A DNA stretch of 64,000 nt from an uncultured bacterium. GTDB lineage: Bacteria; Krumholzibacteriota; Krumholzibacteriia; LZORAL124-64-63. Positions 44,435 to 55,638 of this stretch are shown here, one piece after another. Position 1 is the first letter of the stretch; each line of letters starts with the position of its first letter. The DNA is taken from contig CAVSGO010000005.1 of NCBI GenBank assembly GCA_963727525.1, forward strand, positions 384,001 through 448,000, given 5' to 3'. A program made the translations under genes and the position numbers. A model generated the notes under the pieces. That model saw nothing but the letters and a program-made list of their open reading frames with translations. It searched no databases and was not told the DNA's origin.

Positions 44435-45631
44435 CTACGCCTCGACCGCCGGTCCCTCGACGGGTCCGCGGCGAGCGTACTTGGCCAGCAGGTAGAAATC
44501 GGCAGCACCGAGCAGAGAGTAGACGAGGATGAAGGCGATCGCCGAGAACGCCACCTGGGTGGTCGCCAGCGGCGATACGCCATCGGAGGTGCGCATCACG
44601 CCGTAGACGATCTACGGTTGCCGGCCGACCTCGCTGAGAGTCCACCCCAGCTCGTTGGCCAGGTACGGCAACGGGATCGCCAGCACCAGCACGCGCAGAA
44701 GCATCCGCTGGTTTTCTGGCGCCCGGCGCTTGATCACGGCCCAGGCCGAGTGCGCGAGCAGCGACAGGAGCCCGCGGATCCACAGCCCCTCCATCGCGTT
44801 GCGCTCGTGGGCCGTGTCGGGCCACTGGATCAGGTTCATGGGCGCCCCTGCCTCGGTCTCCCATTGCGCTTCCATCGCCGCCAGCTTCATGGGCTGCTTG
44901 GTGCCGAGGATCTCGGCGTTCATGTGACCCTGCGCCACCTCGAGGACGGCGAAGGTGAGCGTCCACACTGCGGCGAGCGCGAACGACTTGCGGAAGAACG
45001 CCACGTGCCGGCGCCGCGCCAGGTGCCAGGCTGAGATCCCCAGCACGAAGAATCCGGCCGTGATGTAGGCTCCGCCCAGCGTGTGCACCAGCTCGAGCAC
45101 CGCGAACTTCTGGGTGATCACCGCGAAAAAGTCGGTCAGCTCGGCGCGCCCGTTGCGGAGCGTGTAGCCGACGGGGCTCTGCATCCAGGCGTTGGCCACG
45201 AGGATCCAGAACGCCGACAGGTTCGAGGCGATCGCCACCAGCCAGATCGAGGCGAGGTGGGCCTTGCGCGAGAGGCGCTCCCAGCCAAGGAACCAGACGG
45301 CGATGAACGTCGACTCGAGGAAGAACGCCGCCGTGGCCTCGATCGCCAGCAGCGAGCCGAAGATATCGCCCACGAAGGCCGAGTAGCGCGACCAGTTCGT
45401 GCCGAAATGGAACTCCAGCGTGATGCCGGTGACCACGCCGATGGCGAAGTTGATGAGGAAGAGCTTTCCCCAGAACCGCGTCATCTGCCGGTAATCGTCG
45501 TCGCCGGTGCGGTACCACCGCGTCTGCATGATCGCGACGATCAACGACAGCCCCAGCGTCAGCGGGACGAAGAGGAAGTGGAAGTAGGTCGCGACCGCGA
45601 ACTGGAGGCGCGACAGTGAGAGGACGTCCAT
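44435..45631 (-). pseudogene. cydA: cytochrome bd oxidase subunit I with internal deletion and nonsense codon
   Basis: RLQFA..HFLFVPLTLG, FFLESTF, QPMKLAAME; the segment after the Q-loop is missing; GRQP*IVYG (TAG at 44612) with homology continuing to the stop at 44435. Confidence 0.88.
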
Positions 45632-45648
45632 GCGGGGCTCCTTTCGGC

Positions 45649-46140
45649 TCAGTCCTCTTGATCAACGCCCGCGCGGACGCGTCGCCTCGCGGGACGCGTC
45701 TTTGCGTAGCCATTCACGCTGACGATCTTTTCTTGCGTGGTGGCGAGATCCGCGAAGGTGATGCGGGCAAGGTGCCTCTCCAATGCTTCCGTCGCGCCAG
45801 CCCAGGCGTCCTGCACCGGGCAACCGGCGGCGAGAGGACACGACCGTTCCAGACCGACACAGCCGTTCAGGACGATGCCGCCTTCCACGACCTGCACGAT
45901 ATCCAGCAGCGAGATCTGGTCGGCGGGACGGCCCAGGCTCACGCCGCCACCGTTGCCGCGCGTCGTATGCAGAATGCCCGCAGCCGCGAGCTGGGCAACA
46001 ACCCGCCGCAGGTACGCGATCGGCATCAGCCGCCGCTCGGCGATGTCGCGGATCTGCTGCACCGGGGCGTCCGGCCCGAGCGCCGCGAGATGGAGCACGA
46101 TGCGCGAGGCGTAGTCGGTCTGGCGGCTGATGCCGTGCAC
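45649..46140 (-). CDS. Rrf2-family transcriptional regulator
   Basis: TDYASRIVLHLA, RGNGGGVSLGRPADQISLLDIVQVVEG, three Cys. Confidence 0.92.
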   Translation of the reverse strand: MHGISRQTDYASRIVLHLAALGPDAPVQQIRDIAERRLMPIAYLRRVVAQLAAAGILHTTRGNGGGVSLGRPADQISLLDIVQVVEGGIVLNGCVGLERSCPLAAGCPVQDAWAGATEALERHLARITFADLATTQEKIVSVNGYAKTRPARRRVRAGVDQED

Positions 46141-46598
46141 GGTGGCCCTCCCGGTGAAGGTTACAATTTCGGTAATGTTATCAAATAGTTAATGTTTGTC
46201 AACGGTCAAAACCGTTCCATAGCATACAGTTACAATCTTGATTCAATGACATCAGCGACGGGTGCCGTTGCGCCATCGCTCGGTACTGCGTCGAGTCCTG
46301 CTACGAGCAGGGCGGCCGGTCGGTCCCATGTGATCCTACCCCGGACGCAGGTTGCGTTCACGCCGGAGCGTGGACCACGCGGTTTCGGCGCGAAGGCCCA
46401 CCCGAGCCTCCCTGCTCACCGCCCGCGCCGCGGCCGACGCGGTCCAAGCAGCAGCGGCGCATCGGGGCTACCACGCTGCAAGAGGCGTGCGGAATCGTGG
46501 CAACAGAGTTCGCACTAAACCGATTCGTCGGCGTGTCGATAGAGACTGACCGAGACGGGGGAGAATCTAGGCATATTGCCGAAAGTAGGAGGCCCGAA

Positions 46599-47774
46599 AT
46601 GGCGCCATCTCCCGAGACCGGTTGTGGGATCCGATCAGGGCAATCCACGGCGGTCGATCCCCGTATTGCGGTTCGGGAGCTATATGACGCCATCAACCAG
46701 CCACGTACTGAACTGGTACTGTTCTTCTGCTCCAGTCTGTATCCTCTCGAAATCGTAGCTGAGGAGATGAGAAACGCATTTGCCGGCACGCCGGTCGTTG
46801 GTTGCACGACGGCCGGCGAAATCGGTCCGAAAGGTTATCTCGACCACTCGATTTCGGGCGTCAGTCTTTCCGCGGATGTGGCCACGATCGTCCATGGCCC
46901 GATTGCTCGACTGGCCGAATTCGCTCCCTCGAACTACCAGGGATTCTCGAAGAGCCTCCTGCAATCCTTGAAACAGCGGGCCCCGAGTTCAAGAACGGAG
47001 GGCACCTGTGGTCTCCTCTTGATCGACGGACTGTCGGTCAGGGAGGAAATCGTCGTGCGAACTCTGCAGGATGGGCTCGGCGGCGTCCCTCTCGTGGGGG
47101 GATCGGCCGGCGACGACCTGGCTTTTTCGAAGACCCTGGTGTATTTCGACGGAGCATTTCACGATGACGCAGCCGTCGTCGTGCTTGCGGCGTTGACGCG
47201 GCCATTTCGAACGTTGAAGACGCAGCATTTTCGGTCACTCACCCAGCGAATGGTTGTCACGGCCGCCGACCCGGCGCTCCGAACGGTCCACGAAATCAAT
47301 GGACTGCCGGCAGCCGCGGAATATGCGCGCCTTGTCGGGATCGACGCCGACCGGTTGAACGCGAGTAGTTTTGCGGCCTACCCCATCGTCACGATCATCG
47401 ATGGCCAGGACTATGTCCGCTCGATCCAGAAGGTCAACCCCGACGGAAGCCTGACATTTTACAGCGCGATCGAGGAAGGCCTGGTTCTGCGGACTGCCCG
47501 CGGACTCGATCTCGTTGGCGACCTCGACGACGCTCTTACCCGCATAAGGGCAGAAATCGGTGCGCCGGCCCTGGTAATCGGATGCGATTGCATTCTACGG
47601 AAACTCGAGCTGAATGACCGTGGAACCCGACCTGCCGCCGACGAGCTCCTGCGGGCCAACAACGTGGTGGGGTTTAGCACCTATGGCGAGCAAGTCGCCG
47701 GCGTCCATGTCAATCAGACTTTTACGGCAATCGCGATCGCCGATGATCGTGCATCGGGAGGTCGCCATGACTGA
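46599..47774 (+). CDS. FIST-domain sensor (NosP-like)
   Basis: VLFFCSS.Y, VVGCTTAGEIG, LLIDGLSVREE, GGSAGDDL, YVRSIQ, GCDCILR, GFSTYGEQ..VHVNQT. Confidence 0.92.
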   Translation: MAPSPETGCGIRSGQSTAVDPRIAVRELYDAINQPRTELVLFFCSSLYPLEIVAEEMRNAFAGTPVVGCTTAGEIGPKGYLDHSISGVSLSADVATIVHGPIARLAEFAPSNYQGFSKSLLQSLKQRAPSSRTEGTCGLLLIDGLSVREEIVVRTLQDGLGGVPLVGGSAGDDLAFSKTLVYFDGAFHDDAAVVVLAALTRPFRTLKTQHFRSLTQRMVVTAADPALRTVHEINGLPAAAEYARLVGIDADRLNASSFAAYPIVTIIDGQDYVRSIQKVNPDGSLTFYSAIEEGLVLRTARGLDLVGDLDDALTRIRAEIGAPALVIGCDCILRKLELNDRGTRPAADELLRANNVVGFSTYGEQVAGVHVNQTFTAIAIADDRASGGRHD

Positions 47775-48873
47775 GACTGCTGTCGCTTCCACGGTCGCCC
47801 AGCCAGAGACATCGCAACAGGAAATCACGCGACTGAAAAAGGTCATCGAGGTGCTCATGGATCGTGCCGAGCGCAGCACCTCGATCCAGAGTTCTGGATT
47901 CGGCCTCTTGCAATCGACGGTCGTGCTGGAGAAGAAGATCCATGAGCGCACCCGCGATCTTGAAGAAGCGTTGCGCAAGATCGAGTCGATCAATGAGGCA
48001 CTGGCGCGCGAGAAGGCGGAGCAGCAGGAACTCATCTACAAGCTCGAAGACGCACATCACAAGCTACTTCAGTCTGAGAAGCTCGCGGCGATCGGGCAGC
48101 TCGCCGCCGGAGTTGCTCACGAAATCAACAACCCGATCGCGTTCGTGATGGCGAATCTCGGCACTCTGCAGAAGTACGCGGACGACTTGCTGGCCATCCT
48201 CGGGGCTTACGGTGACGCGGCACACCAGCTCACCATGGCGCCAGAATTCGCCTCGCACATCGAGTCATTGTGCCGTGAGGCTGATATCGACTACCTGATA
48301 TCGGACATCCCCAGCCTCATCACCGAATCGATCGACGGTGCGGACAGGGTGCGCCGGATTGTTCTCGATCTCCGTAGCTTCACGCGGACTGGTTCGACAG
48401 TTCCGGAGATGGCCGACCTCCATGCCGCTCTTGACAGTACGCTGAACATCGTGAGGAACGAGGTCAAGTACAAGGCGGAGGTTGTCAAGGAATACGGTGA
48501 CTTGCCACCCCTGCGCTGCGTCGTTGCTCAAATCAACCAGGTCTTCCTCAACCTGATCGTGAACGCTGCGCAGGCCATCAAGGAGAAGGGTATCATCACG
48601 GTCCGTAGCGGTCGAGATGGCGACACAGGATGGATCTCGATCAGCGATACAGGCGGCGGGATCAGCCCTGACAATCTCCCTCGCGTTTTCGACCCCTTCT
48701 TCACGACAAGACGGGCCGGAGAGGGGACCGGCTTGGGGCTCTCCGTGTCTCGTGACATCGTCCACCGCCATGGTGGACGACTCGATGTCGAGAGCGAGCC
48801 AGGTACTGGTACGACATTTACCCTCCGTCTCCCGATGACGAGCGAGCCAGAGATCGAGGGCGACGTCGCCTGA
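47767..48873 (+). CDS. soluble histidine kinase coupled to the FIST gene
   Basis: KKVIEVLMDRAERS, SEKLAAIGQLAAGVAHEINNP, NLIVNAAQA, GTGLGL; overlaps the FIST stop. Confidence 0.93.
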   Translation: MTETAVASTVAQPETSQQEITRLKKVIEVLMDRAERSTSIQSSGFGLLQSTVVLEKKIHERTRDLEEALRKIESINEALAREKAEQQELIYKLEDAHHKLLQSEKLAAIGQLAAGVAHEINNPIAFVMANLGTLQKYADDLLAILGAYGDAAHQLTMAPEFASHIESLCREADIDYLISDIPSLITESIDGADRVRRIVLDLRSFTRTGSTVPEMADLHAALDSTLNIVRNEVKYKAEVVKEYGDLPPLRCVVAQINQVFLNLIVNAAQAIKEKGIITVRSGRDGDTGWISISDTGGGISPDNLPRVFDPFFTTRRAGEGTGLGLSVSRDIVHRHGGRLDVESEPGTGTTFTLRLPMTSEPEIEGDVA

Positions 48874-49189
48874 AGTTCGCGGGTGACGACCAAGCGGCTT
48901 TCAGCCGCTGGCTGACGACCCTGCCCCTGTCCTGCCAAGAGCTGTCGGGTCGGCTGTCTGGATTGGGATCGAAGCCGTCCTCCTGGCGTCGTGACGGCGA
49001 CTTCGAGCGTCGATCCACGGTCAACCACAGTACTCATAACTTCAGCTATGCCAACAGAGATAGGATTTCCAGCTGGGATGGTGTACGATCACCACGTGCA
49101 GTGGCGGTCGTTCGCAGCTACGCTATGGATGGGGAGGCAACGGTATGGTTTGCCGTCGGTCTCGAGTCCGCTTCGAAAAGAGTGAGTCC

Positions 49190-50203
49190 GTGTCCAACTC
49201 CAATTCGGTGCCCGCGGGCGAGATCACGGCCCGCATGCTTGCCAGATACCAGCGATCGAGTCTCCGCCACAGCCTCCTGCAGATCGCCGACAGCGTCCTG
49301 CCCTACCTCGCCCTCTGGGTCGCCATGATCTACAGCCTGCGCGTGTCCTACCTGCTCACTCTCGCGCTCGCGGTGGTCGCCGCCGGCTTCGTGATGCGCA
49401 CTTTCATCATCTTTCACGATTGCGGCCATGGCTCGTTCTTCCGGGCGAAATGGGCCAACGAGCTGGTGGGATTCATCACCGGCGTGCTCACCCTGACGCC
49501 GTCGCGCGATTGGTGGCGTCAGCACACCAAGCACCACGCCACCTCGGGCGACCTCGACCGGCGCGGTGATGGAGACGTGTGGACGCTCACGGTGGAGGAA
49601 TACCGCCGCGCCTCCCGCTGGCAGCGCCTTGTCTACTGGTTCGTGCGGACACCGGCGTTCATGCTCGCGGTCGGTCCGATCGTGATGTTCGTGATCCACA
49701 ATCGGTTCCCGTCGAAGGGCGCGCGGCGACGCGAGGTCATGAACGTCGTCTACACGAACCTGGCGATCGGCGGCCTCGTCGCCGGGCTCATCTACCTCAT
49801 CGGCTGGAAGGCCTACCTGATGATCCACATCCCGGTGACCCTGTTCAGCGGGGCGATAGGGATCTGGCTCTTCTACGTGCAACACCAGTTCGACGGCGTC
49901 TACTGGCGGCGGCACGACGAGTGGAATCCCGCGGCCGCCGCGGTGCAGGGCAGTTCCTACTTCCGGCTTCCGATCGTGCTCGAGTGGTTCTCGGGCAGCA
50001 TCGGCTTCCACCACGTCCATCATCTCAGCTCGCGGATCCCGAACTACTTTCTCAAGCGGTGCCATCGGGAACACCCGGAACTGCAGGCCGCGCCGACGCT
50101 CGGTCTCGCCGCCAGTGTCCGCTGCTTCAAGTACCGCCTGTGGGACGAGAAGCGGCAATGTCTGGTCACGTTTGCCGAAGCTCGACGCGAGACGACGGCC
50201 TGA
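49190..50203 (+). CDS. membrane fatty acid desaturase
   Basis: His boxes HDCGH, HTKHH, HHVHH; FYVQHQF; RIPNY. Confidence 0.93.
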   Translation: MSNSNSVPAGEITARMLARYQRSSLRHSLLQIADSVLPYLALWVAMIYSLRVSYLLTLALAVVAAGFVMRTFIIFHDCGHGSFFRAKWANELVGFITGVLTLTPSRDWWRQHTKHHATSGDLDRRGDGDVWTLTVEEYRRASRWQRLVYWFVRTPAFMLAVGPIVMFVIHNRFPSKGARRREVMNVVYTNLAIGGLVAGLIYLIGWKAYLMIHIPVTLFSGAIGIWLFYVQHQFDGVYWRRHDEWNPAAAAVQGSSYFRLPIVLEWFSGSIGFHHVHHLSSRIPNYFLKRCHREHPELQAAPTLGLAASVRCFKYRLWDEKRQCLVTFAEARRETTA

Positions 50204-50797
50204 TTCCGGCGGCCGTGATCAGTGCCGATCCTGTGGGCGACAGGATCCACCTTCCGTCCTGCAGCCGCCATACGACCGCGGCGCATCCTCATCCCACGTC
50301 ACCATGGCCAGCGTCCCGGTCCAGCTCTTCTGGGCCTTGCCGGTTATTCCCAGCTCGTAGTAGGGCGACCATGTCGAGCATGGTGCTGGTGACGGTGGGG
50401 TGGTCTTCGCCCACATCGCTGGCAACACCCGAGATTCGATACGACGGGCGTGCCCCGTGCTACGAGAGGTCGTTGGCTCGACGGAAAGAACGCATGACGG
50501 CGGGAGCCGTGGAGAGGATCTTTCTGTATACCTGTGAGTCTTGCAAAGCAGATCTTGCGAGCGAGCCGATGCGCATATTGGTCGAGTTCACCCCGCAGCC
50601 GGGGCGCCTTCGCGACAGTTCGGAAGGAGTGATGGCAATTCGCGCCGGCGGATACGATTCCGTGAGTCTGCGGGCGGGAGTAGCTCGCGTTTCTGTGCAC
50701 ATTTCGACCTATGCTTTTCGCAAGGCGGGGTACCTGCCGTGAGCGCAACCGTCAGGGCCTGATATCAGGCAACCGCAAGCCGGTGGTGAGGAGCGCC

Positions 50798-51109
50798 ATG
50801 AACAACGAGACCGTGAACCGGATCAGTGGCCAAATCATGCTTGGACTGTCTCTGTTCGCAATGTTCCTGGTAGTCGGCGCGGCGGTCTTCACGATCGTCG
50901 GCCGCCTTGACCCGTCGCCCAACGGCGACGAAGGCACGGCGGCGCACGTCTTCCAGCTCGCGATTGTCCTGCTCGTTCCGGTCGGCCTGGTGTTCCTGGC
51001 CACGGCCGATTGGCATCGGCCGCTTAAGGTGGGGAAGCGTCTTGCCGTGTCCGCTGTTGCGCTCGTCGTGGTTTTCTCGACCCTCTACTACCTGGAGCAT
51101 CTACGGTGA
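50798..51109 (+). CDS. small membrane protein
   Basis: Three TM segments, DEGTAAHVFQL motif, RBS gagga. Confidence 0.7.
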   Translation: MNNETVNRISGQIMLGLSLFAMFLVVGAAVFTIVGRLDPSPNGDEGTAAHVFQLAIVLLVPVGLVFLATADWHRPLKVGKRLAVSAVALVVVFSTLYYLEHLR

Positions 51110-51141
51110 GGCCGCGCAGGCCGTAACTCGAGGGGTGACCC

Positions 51142-51501
51142 GTGAGCATCAAGCGAGTGGTACCGAACGTCACGACCGAGCGTCTCGAGGAGAACCGGGA
51201 GTTCTACACCTCCCTCCTGGGATTCCAGGTCGTGATGGACATGGGCTGGATCGTGACGCTCGCCTCTCCCGATTCCCCAGGCGCACAGATCAGCATCGTT
51301 CGCGGGGAGACGGCGGAGTCGGCCAGTACGAACGTCACGCTTACGATCGAGGTTGGCGACGTCGACGCCGTTTACGCCGAGGCGAGGTCACGCGGCCATG
51401 TGATCGTCTATCCCTTGACCAGCGAAGGCTGGGGCGTACGCCGATTCCACCTGAGAGATCCAAACGGCGTGGTCATTAACGTGATGAGTCATCTTCGGTG
51501 A
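51142..51501 (+). CDS. VOC/glyoxalase-family protein
   Basis: FYTSLLGF, EVGDVDAVY, WGVRRFHLRDPNG. Confidence 0.92.
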   Translation: MSIKRVVPNVTTERLEENREFYTSLLGFQVVMDMGWIVTLASPDSPGAQISIVRGETAESASTNVTLTIEVGDVDAVYAEARSRGHVIVYPLTSEGWGVRRFHLRDPNGVVINVMSHLR

Positions 51502-51529
51502 TGCGGCGCGGGGTCCCGGTTGGTCGAGC

Positions 51530-51710
51530 AACGCACGGGTCCAGTGTTCGGCGTGTGGTGGCAAGGTGGGTTGCGTGCTCCCGGGGTCGCGTGGTCGGGA
51601 AAGTCCTGGTTCAACGTCGCTTTGAGCGTGGCCTAGGCATCGATTCCCGTGAAGATGCCAAGGCCTTCCTCCTCAAGAGCCGCCTCTATACACCCTCTTG
51701 CCGCTCGACA
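51530..51710 (-). pseudogene. DUF302-family remnant
   Basis: IEAALEEEGLGIFTGIDA*ATLKATLNQDF, then a frameshift to GARNPP. Confidence 0.6.
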
Positions 51711-51774
51711 GGAGACCCCCTTCAACATGCGGGTGATTCCGTTGCCGCCGTCGCTGTCTCACGTCACCGCGACC

Positions 51775-52900
51775 TCAGCGTCGATTGCCCGGCGTCTGGC
51801 CTGTGAGGGGAATTGCGTCGTCGACCGGCAGGTCGTCGATGAAATCCGACTTCTCGTCGTTGCCGACCGTGCTCTGGATCGGCAGGCGGACGACGAACTC
51901 GGCGCCGCCGAGCGGGCTGTCGCCAACCTCGATGCGGCCCCCGTGCTTCGCGGCCACGATGTCGCGGCAGACGGCGAGACCCTGGCCGGTGCCGGCGCCG
52001 ACCGGACGCGTCGTGAAGAACAGGTCGAAGATCCGTTCACGCTGTGGGGGCGGAACGCCCGGGCCGTCGTCGCCGACCCGGATCACGAGGTCGTCGCCAT
52101 CGCGCGCCGTCGAGATCCTGATGATGCCTGGTTGCGCCCGGCCCGCCTCCGCGATCGCCTGCGCCGCGTTGACCACGAGATTGAGCACGACCTGACCGAT
52201 CTCCCCACCCTGGCCATGGACGTCCGGCAGGGACGGATCGAGCTCCAGCTCGAGCATCTCGGCTGGCGACCAGACGTTACGGCTGACGATCTGGGTGTTG
52301 TCGATGATTCGATTGATGTCGATCATCGTCATGACGGAGGTACCGGGTTGCGCGAACTCCTTCATCGACTGGACGATGACCGCGATCCGCTGGGCGCCGG
52401 CCCGGGAGTCCGCGAGCGCGGAGGTGATCTCCTCGTTGGCAAACCCGTCGTCGCTTGCGCCGATGTAGTGGATCGGCGTGTTGATCTCGTGGGCCATGCC
52501 GGCGGCGAGATGGCCGATTGCCGCCATCTTCGATGCGTGCGTGGCTTCCTGCTCCGCTCTTCGCTTTTCGCGCAGCGCCGCCACCATGCTGTTGAACGCC
52601 GTCGAGAAGTCACCGAGGAAATCCAACTGGTGCTCAAGGCAGCCGGCGGCGATCGCCGTGGAAACGCGGCGCAACTCGGTCAACTCGTTGTGAAGATCAG
52701 CGACCGCGGATGCGAGGGCGGCAACATCCGCAGGCACGTCGGCTGGCGCTGTCAGCAGCACCATGGCACGACCGTCGGCGAGCGCCTCGATGTTCGACTT
52801 CTCCAGTCGCAGAATGCCGAAACCATGGTCCCTGGGAGCGGTTTGCAAGGCGTCGATGAACTGGGGAATGTCCAGCGACCTGGACCAGTCGCCCCATACC
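51775..52900 (-). pseudogene. mosaic histidine-kinase remnant
   Basis: V4R-like GFGILRLEKS, HAMP-like FLGDFSTAFNSM, AHEINTPIHYIG with the following helix shortened, intact HATPase. Confidence 0.6.
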
Positions 52901-53160
52901 CACTGAAGCGGCGAACCGGTCGACGATCAAGGCGCTCTACGGACGAGGCAAGTGGACCGAACGGTTTGCCCATGACGATTTCCGTTGATTTTTTTCCTCC
53001 AATCACGCGAAATGGCAGGGGCCATCGTTGGAAAAGCGGCGAGGCACGCCATCATAATCCCGGGGCGCGGAATGGTCACCCGTGACCAGTGATCTCTATC
53101 ATGCGGCTCGACGCGCGGTGACCCGATCAGGAAGGTGGACCAATACGAGGGGAGATCTCC

Positions 53161-54615
53161 ATGAAACTCACAGCAACCAGCTTGATGCTGGCGCTACTCG
53201 TGCCCGTGGGTGCGTTTGCCGAGGTGATCACGGTCCGCAGCGGCGAGGGCGTCATGGTAGGAGATGGTGATCCTTCCGTGCATGTGCTCTCTGGTCCGGC
53301 GGATAGCGGATTCCCGGCGACCTTCGGTCCCGCAGATTTCGAGGCGGCGAGAACGGCGCCGATGGCGATCGTCATCGCGAACAACGGTGCCTGGATCTCG
53401 GGGCTTCCCTCCGATCCACAGGCCCAGTGGATCAACGACACAGGATCCAACGACGGCGGCAGCAGCGGGCTCTACTCGGTCGACTTCCAGACGACGTCTG
53501 CGGCGTTGAATGCCCGGCTCTACATTCGATATGCCGTCGACAATAATCTGGGTGACACGGTCAATCACGGCGTTTTCCTCAACGGCGTCTCTCTTTTCGA
53601 TGCAACCTATCTGGGCGGGTACGGACAGGAATACCTCCTGGTCGCCGATGTCATCAGCCTACTCGAGAATGGTAACAATACGCTGAGCCTCTACGCCTAC
53701 GAGGGCGGAGGGCCGGCCGGTATCATCTTCAGCGCCTCCCTCTTCACAAATGAGGACGCCCCCGTCGAAGTGATCCACATTCGCAGCGGCGGGACAGGCG
53801 AGGTCGGAACCGACGATCCCGTTTTTCATGTGCTGTCGGGACCCGATGATAGTGGGTTCTCTATACCCTTCGAGGTTGCGGATTTCGCCGCGGCCGCGGT
53901 CGGACCGCCCGCCATCGTCTGCGCGACGACGCCTGTCTGGATCCAGGCGCTTCCTTCCGATCCCGCAGCTTACTGGATCAACGACACCGGCCAGAACGAA
54001 ACCGGCCGCAGCGCACTGGTCGCAGCGGAGTTCATGGTGGATCACGCCTTTGAACAGGCCGACCTCACGATGGTTTACGCGGTCGACAACTCCCTCGGCG
54101 ATGGGATCAATCCCGGCGTCTTCGTCAACGAGGAGCCGGTCGTCGGCGTGGGGAGCCTCGGCGATTTTACCCAGCAGTATAGCCTCGAGGTCGACGTAAC
54201 GAACCAGATTCGGGTCGGAAACAATACGATCTACTTCTATGTCTACGACTTCGGCTATTCTGCCGGTCTGCTCGTCAGTGCGACGATTTCGCTCCACCGC
54301 GTACAGGCAACGGCGGTGGCACCGGTCGTCACCGCACGGCCACGACTCCTGGAGAGCATCCAGCCCAACCCATTCAATCCACGAACGACCATCGTGTGCG
54401 AACTACCGGCGACCGGCCTGTGTCACCTCGACGTGCTGGATCTGGCTGGTCGGCACGTCGCCACGCTGGTCCACGGTGTCCGGGCTGCCGGCAGGCACGA
54501 ATTCGCCTGGGATGGTCGCGATCAGAACGGGCGCGCAGCCCCCACGGGAACCTACATCTGCCGCTTGGCAACGTCCCATGCCGTCGAGACGGCGAAGCTG
54601 GTCCTGGTGCGTTGA
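53161..54615 (+). CDS. secreted protein: two tandem beta-rich domains + FlgD-Ig-type C-terminal domain
   Basis: Signal peptide; internal repeat RSG..DP..HVLSGP.DSGF...W...LPSDP.A.WINDTG...YAVDN.LGD; PNPFNPRTTI...WDGRDQNGR..PTGTY..KLVLVR. Confidence 0.88.
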   Translation: MKLTATSLMLALLVPVGAFAEVITVRSGEGVMVGDGDPSVHVLSGPADSGFPATFGPADFEAARTAPMAIVIANNGAWISGLPSDPQAQWINDTGSNDGGSSGLYSVDFQTTSAALNARLYIRYAVDNNLGDTVNHGVFLNGVSLFDATYLGGYGQEYLLVADVISLLENGNNTLSLYAYEGGGPAGIIFSASLFTNEDAPVEVIHIRSGGTGEVGTDDPVFHVLSGPDDSGFSIPFEVADFAAAAVGPPAIVCATTPVWIQALPSDPAAYWINDTGQNETGRSALVAAEFMVDHAFEQADLTMVYAVDNSLGDGINPGVFVNEEPVVGVGSLGDFTQQYSLEVDVTNQIRVGNNTIYFYVYDFGYSAGLLVSATISLHRVQATAVAPVVTARPRLLESIQPNPFNPRTTIVCELPATGLCHLDVLDLAGRHVATLVHGVRAAGRHEFAWDGRDQNGRAAPTGTYICRLATSHAVETAKLVLVR

Positions 54616-54630
54616 CCACCGCACCCACGA

Positions 54631-54668
54631 GAGCGGGCCACGGCGATCTTTCCGTGGCCCGTTCCTTT
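54631..54668 (+). terminator. intrinsic terminator-like hairpin
   Basis: gagcgggccacgg-cgatcttt-ccgtggcccgttc followed by cttt. Confidence 0.65.
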
Positions 54669-54885
54669 CATGGCTCCGTTCACGTGGCCGTCCCTGATAG
54701 CCTGCTCGAGGCCCTCGAGGATGGGGAGAGGAGAGACAAACGCTATCTTCCGGAACGATCTCCCCCTTTGCGCCAACTCGCTGGTTCGATTCCACCGCGT
54801 TTTCGCCGCTCGGCTGCGACGTGGAGTCCCGGTGCACGTCGTCTACAAGGGCGCACCAGGTTGCGACCACCGGTCCAGCGACGGC

Positions 54886-55638
54886 TCACTCCACCCAGTA
54901 CTCGGATCCGTCTCGTGTCCGGCCCAGGAAGCCGAAGTCGACGAGATAGCGGCACAGGGTGGTGTAGTCGGCAGAGGCCGTGGCCAGGATCTCGTTGACC
55001 TCGATCTGGGTGTAACGGCGGGTGGCGTCGAAGCGCGTCAGGATGTGGATGAGGACGGCGACCTTGCGCTTCTGGCGCTTGGGGAGGCCGGACATCATGC
55101 CGTCAGGGCCGTCCGGGAAGTGGGTGCGGACGATCTTGTTGAACTCGGCCTCGGTGATGGCGAAACGATCGTCGTCGGCTGAGCGCTTGCCGGGGATTGC
55201 GATGAAGTGCGAACCGGGAGCCTGGTTGCCGGTTTCGAGCAACGCCATGAGCGCCAGGAAGACCCGGGCCTGGCGGGCCTTCTCGCGCAATACGAAACGA
55301 TGGTTGCGGAGCGTCGACAGGCTGACGTCGCCGACGAGGGGCTGGATCTCCTTGTCGGTCAGGCCGTCGTGGAGGTGGGCCAGCAGCGTGCGCTGCGTGT
55401 CGGAGAGGCCGGTGCCCTTCTTGCCGAGGGACAGCAAGGCTTGGAAGGTCGAGGTGTGGACCTCGGTGATGTGGTGCTGCATGGCCAGCTCTGCGACCAC
55501 CAGTTCCGGTCCCTGGGGGTAGATGTGGCCCTTCTGGACGGTGGCGTCGCAGAACAGGCAGTCGTGGGAGTTGTCGCCGGTCGTGTAGCCGGCGATCAAC
55601 TGCCCGAGCGTGGCGGAATCGTGGGACAGGGGGCTCAT
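54886..55638 (-). CDS. DUF2087-domain protein with HTH
   Basis: CLFC, GLTDKEI..STLRNHRFVLREK, LPKRQKRK..L, YTQIEVNEIL, RYLVDFGFLGRTRDGSEYW. Confidence 0.85.
   Translation of the reverse strand: MSPLSHDSATLGQLIAGYTTGDNSHDCLFCDATVQKGHIYPQGPELVVAELAMQHHITEVHTSTFQALLSLGKKGTGLSDTQRTLLAHLHDGLTDKEIQPLVGDVSLSTLRNHRFVLREKARQARVFLALMALLETGNQAPGSHFIAIPGKRSADDDRFAITEAEFNKIVRTHFPDGPDGMMSGLPKRQKRKVAVLIHILTRFDATRRYTQIEVNEILATASADYTTLCRYLVDFGFLGRTRDGSEYWVE

Noticed and set aside
42909-51635. In-frame TAG codons in flagellin, cydA and DUF302 as possible amber recoding
   Set aside because: They replace different residues (Gln, Trp), are single transitions, and co-occur with frameshifts or deletions; TAG also ends many intact genes here
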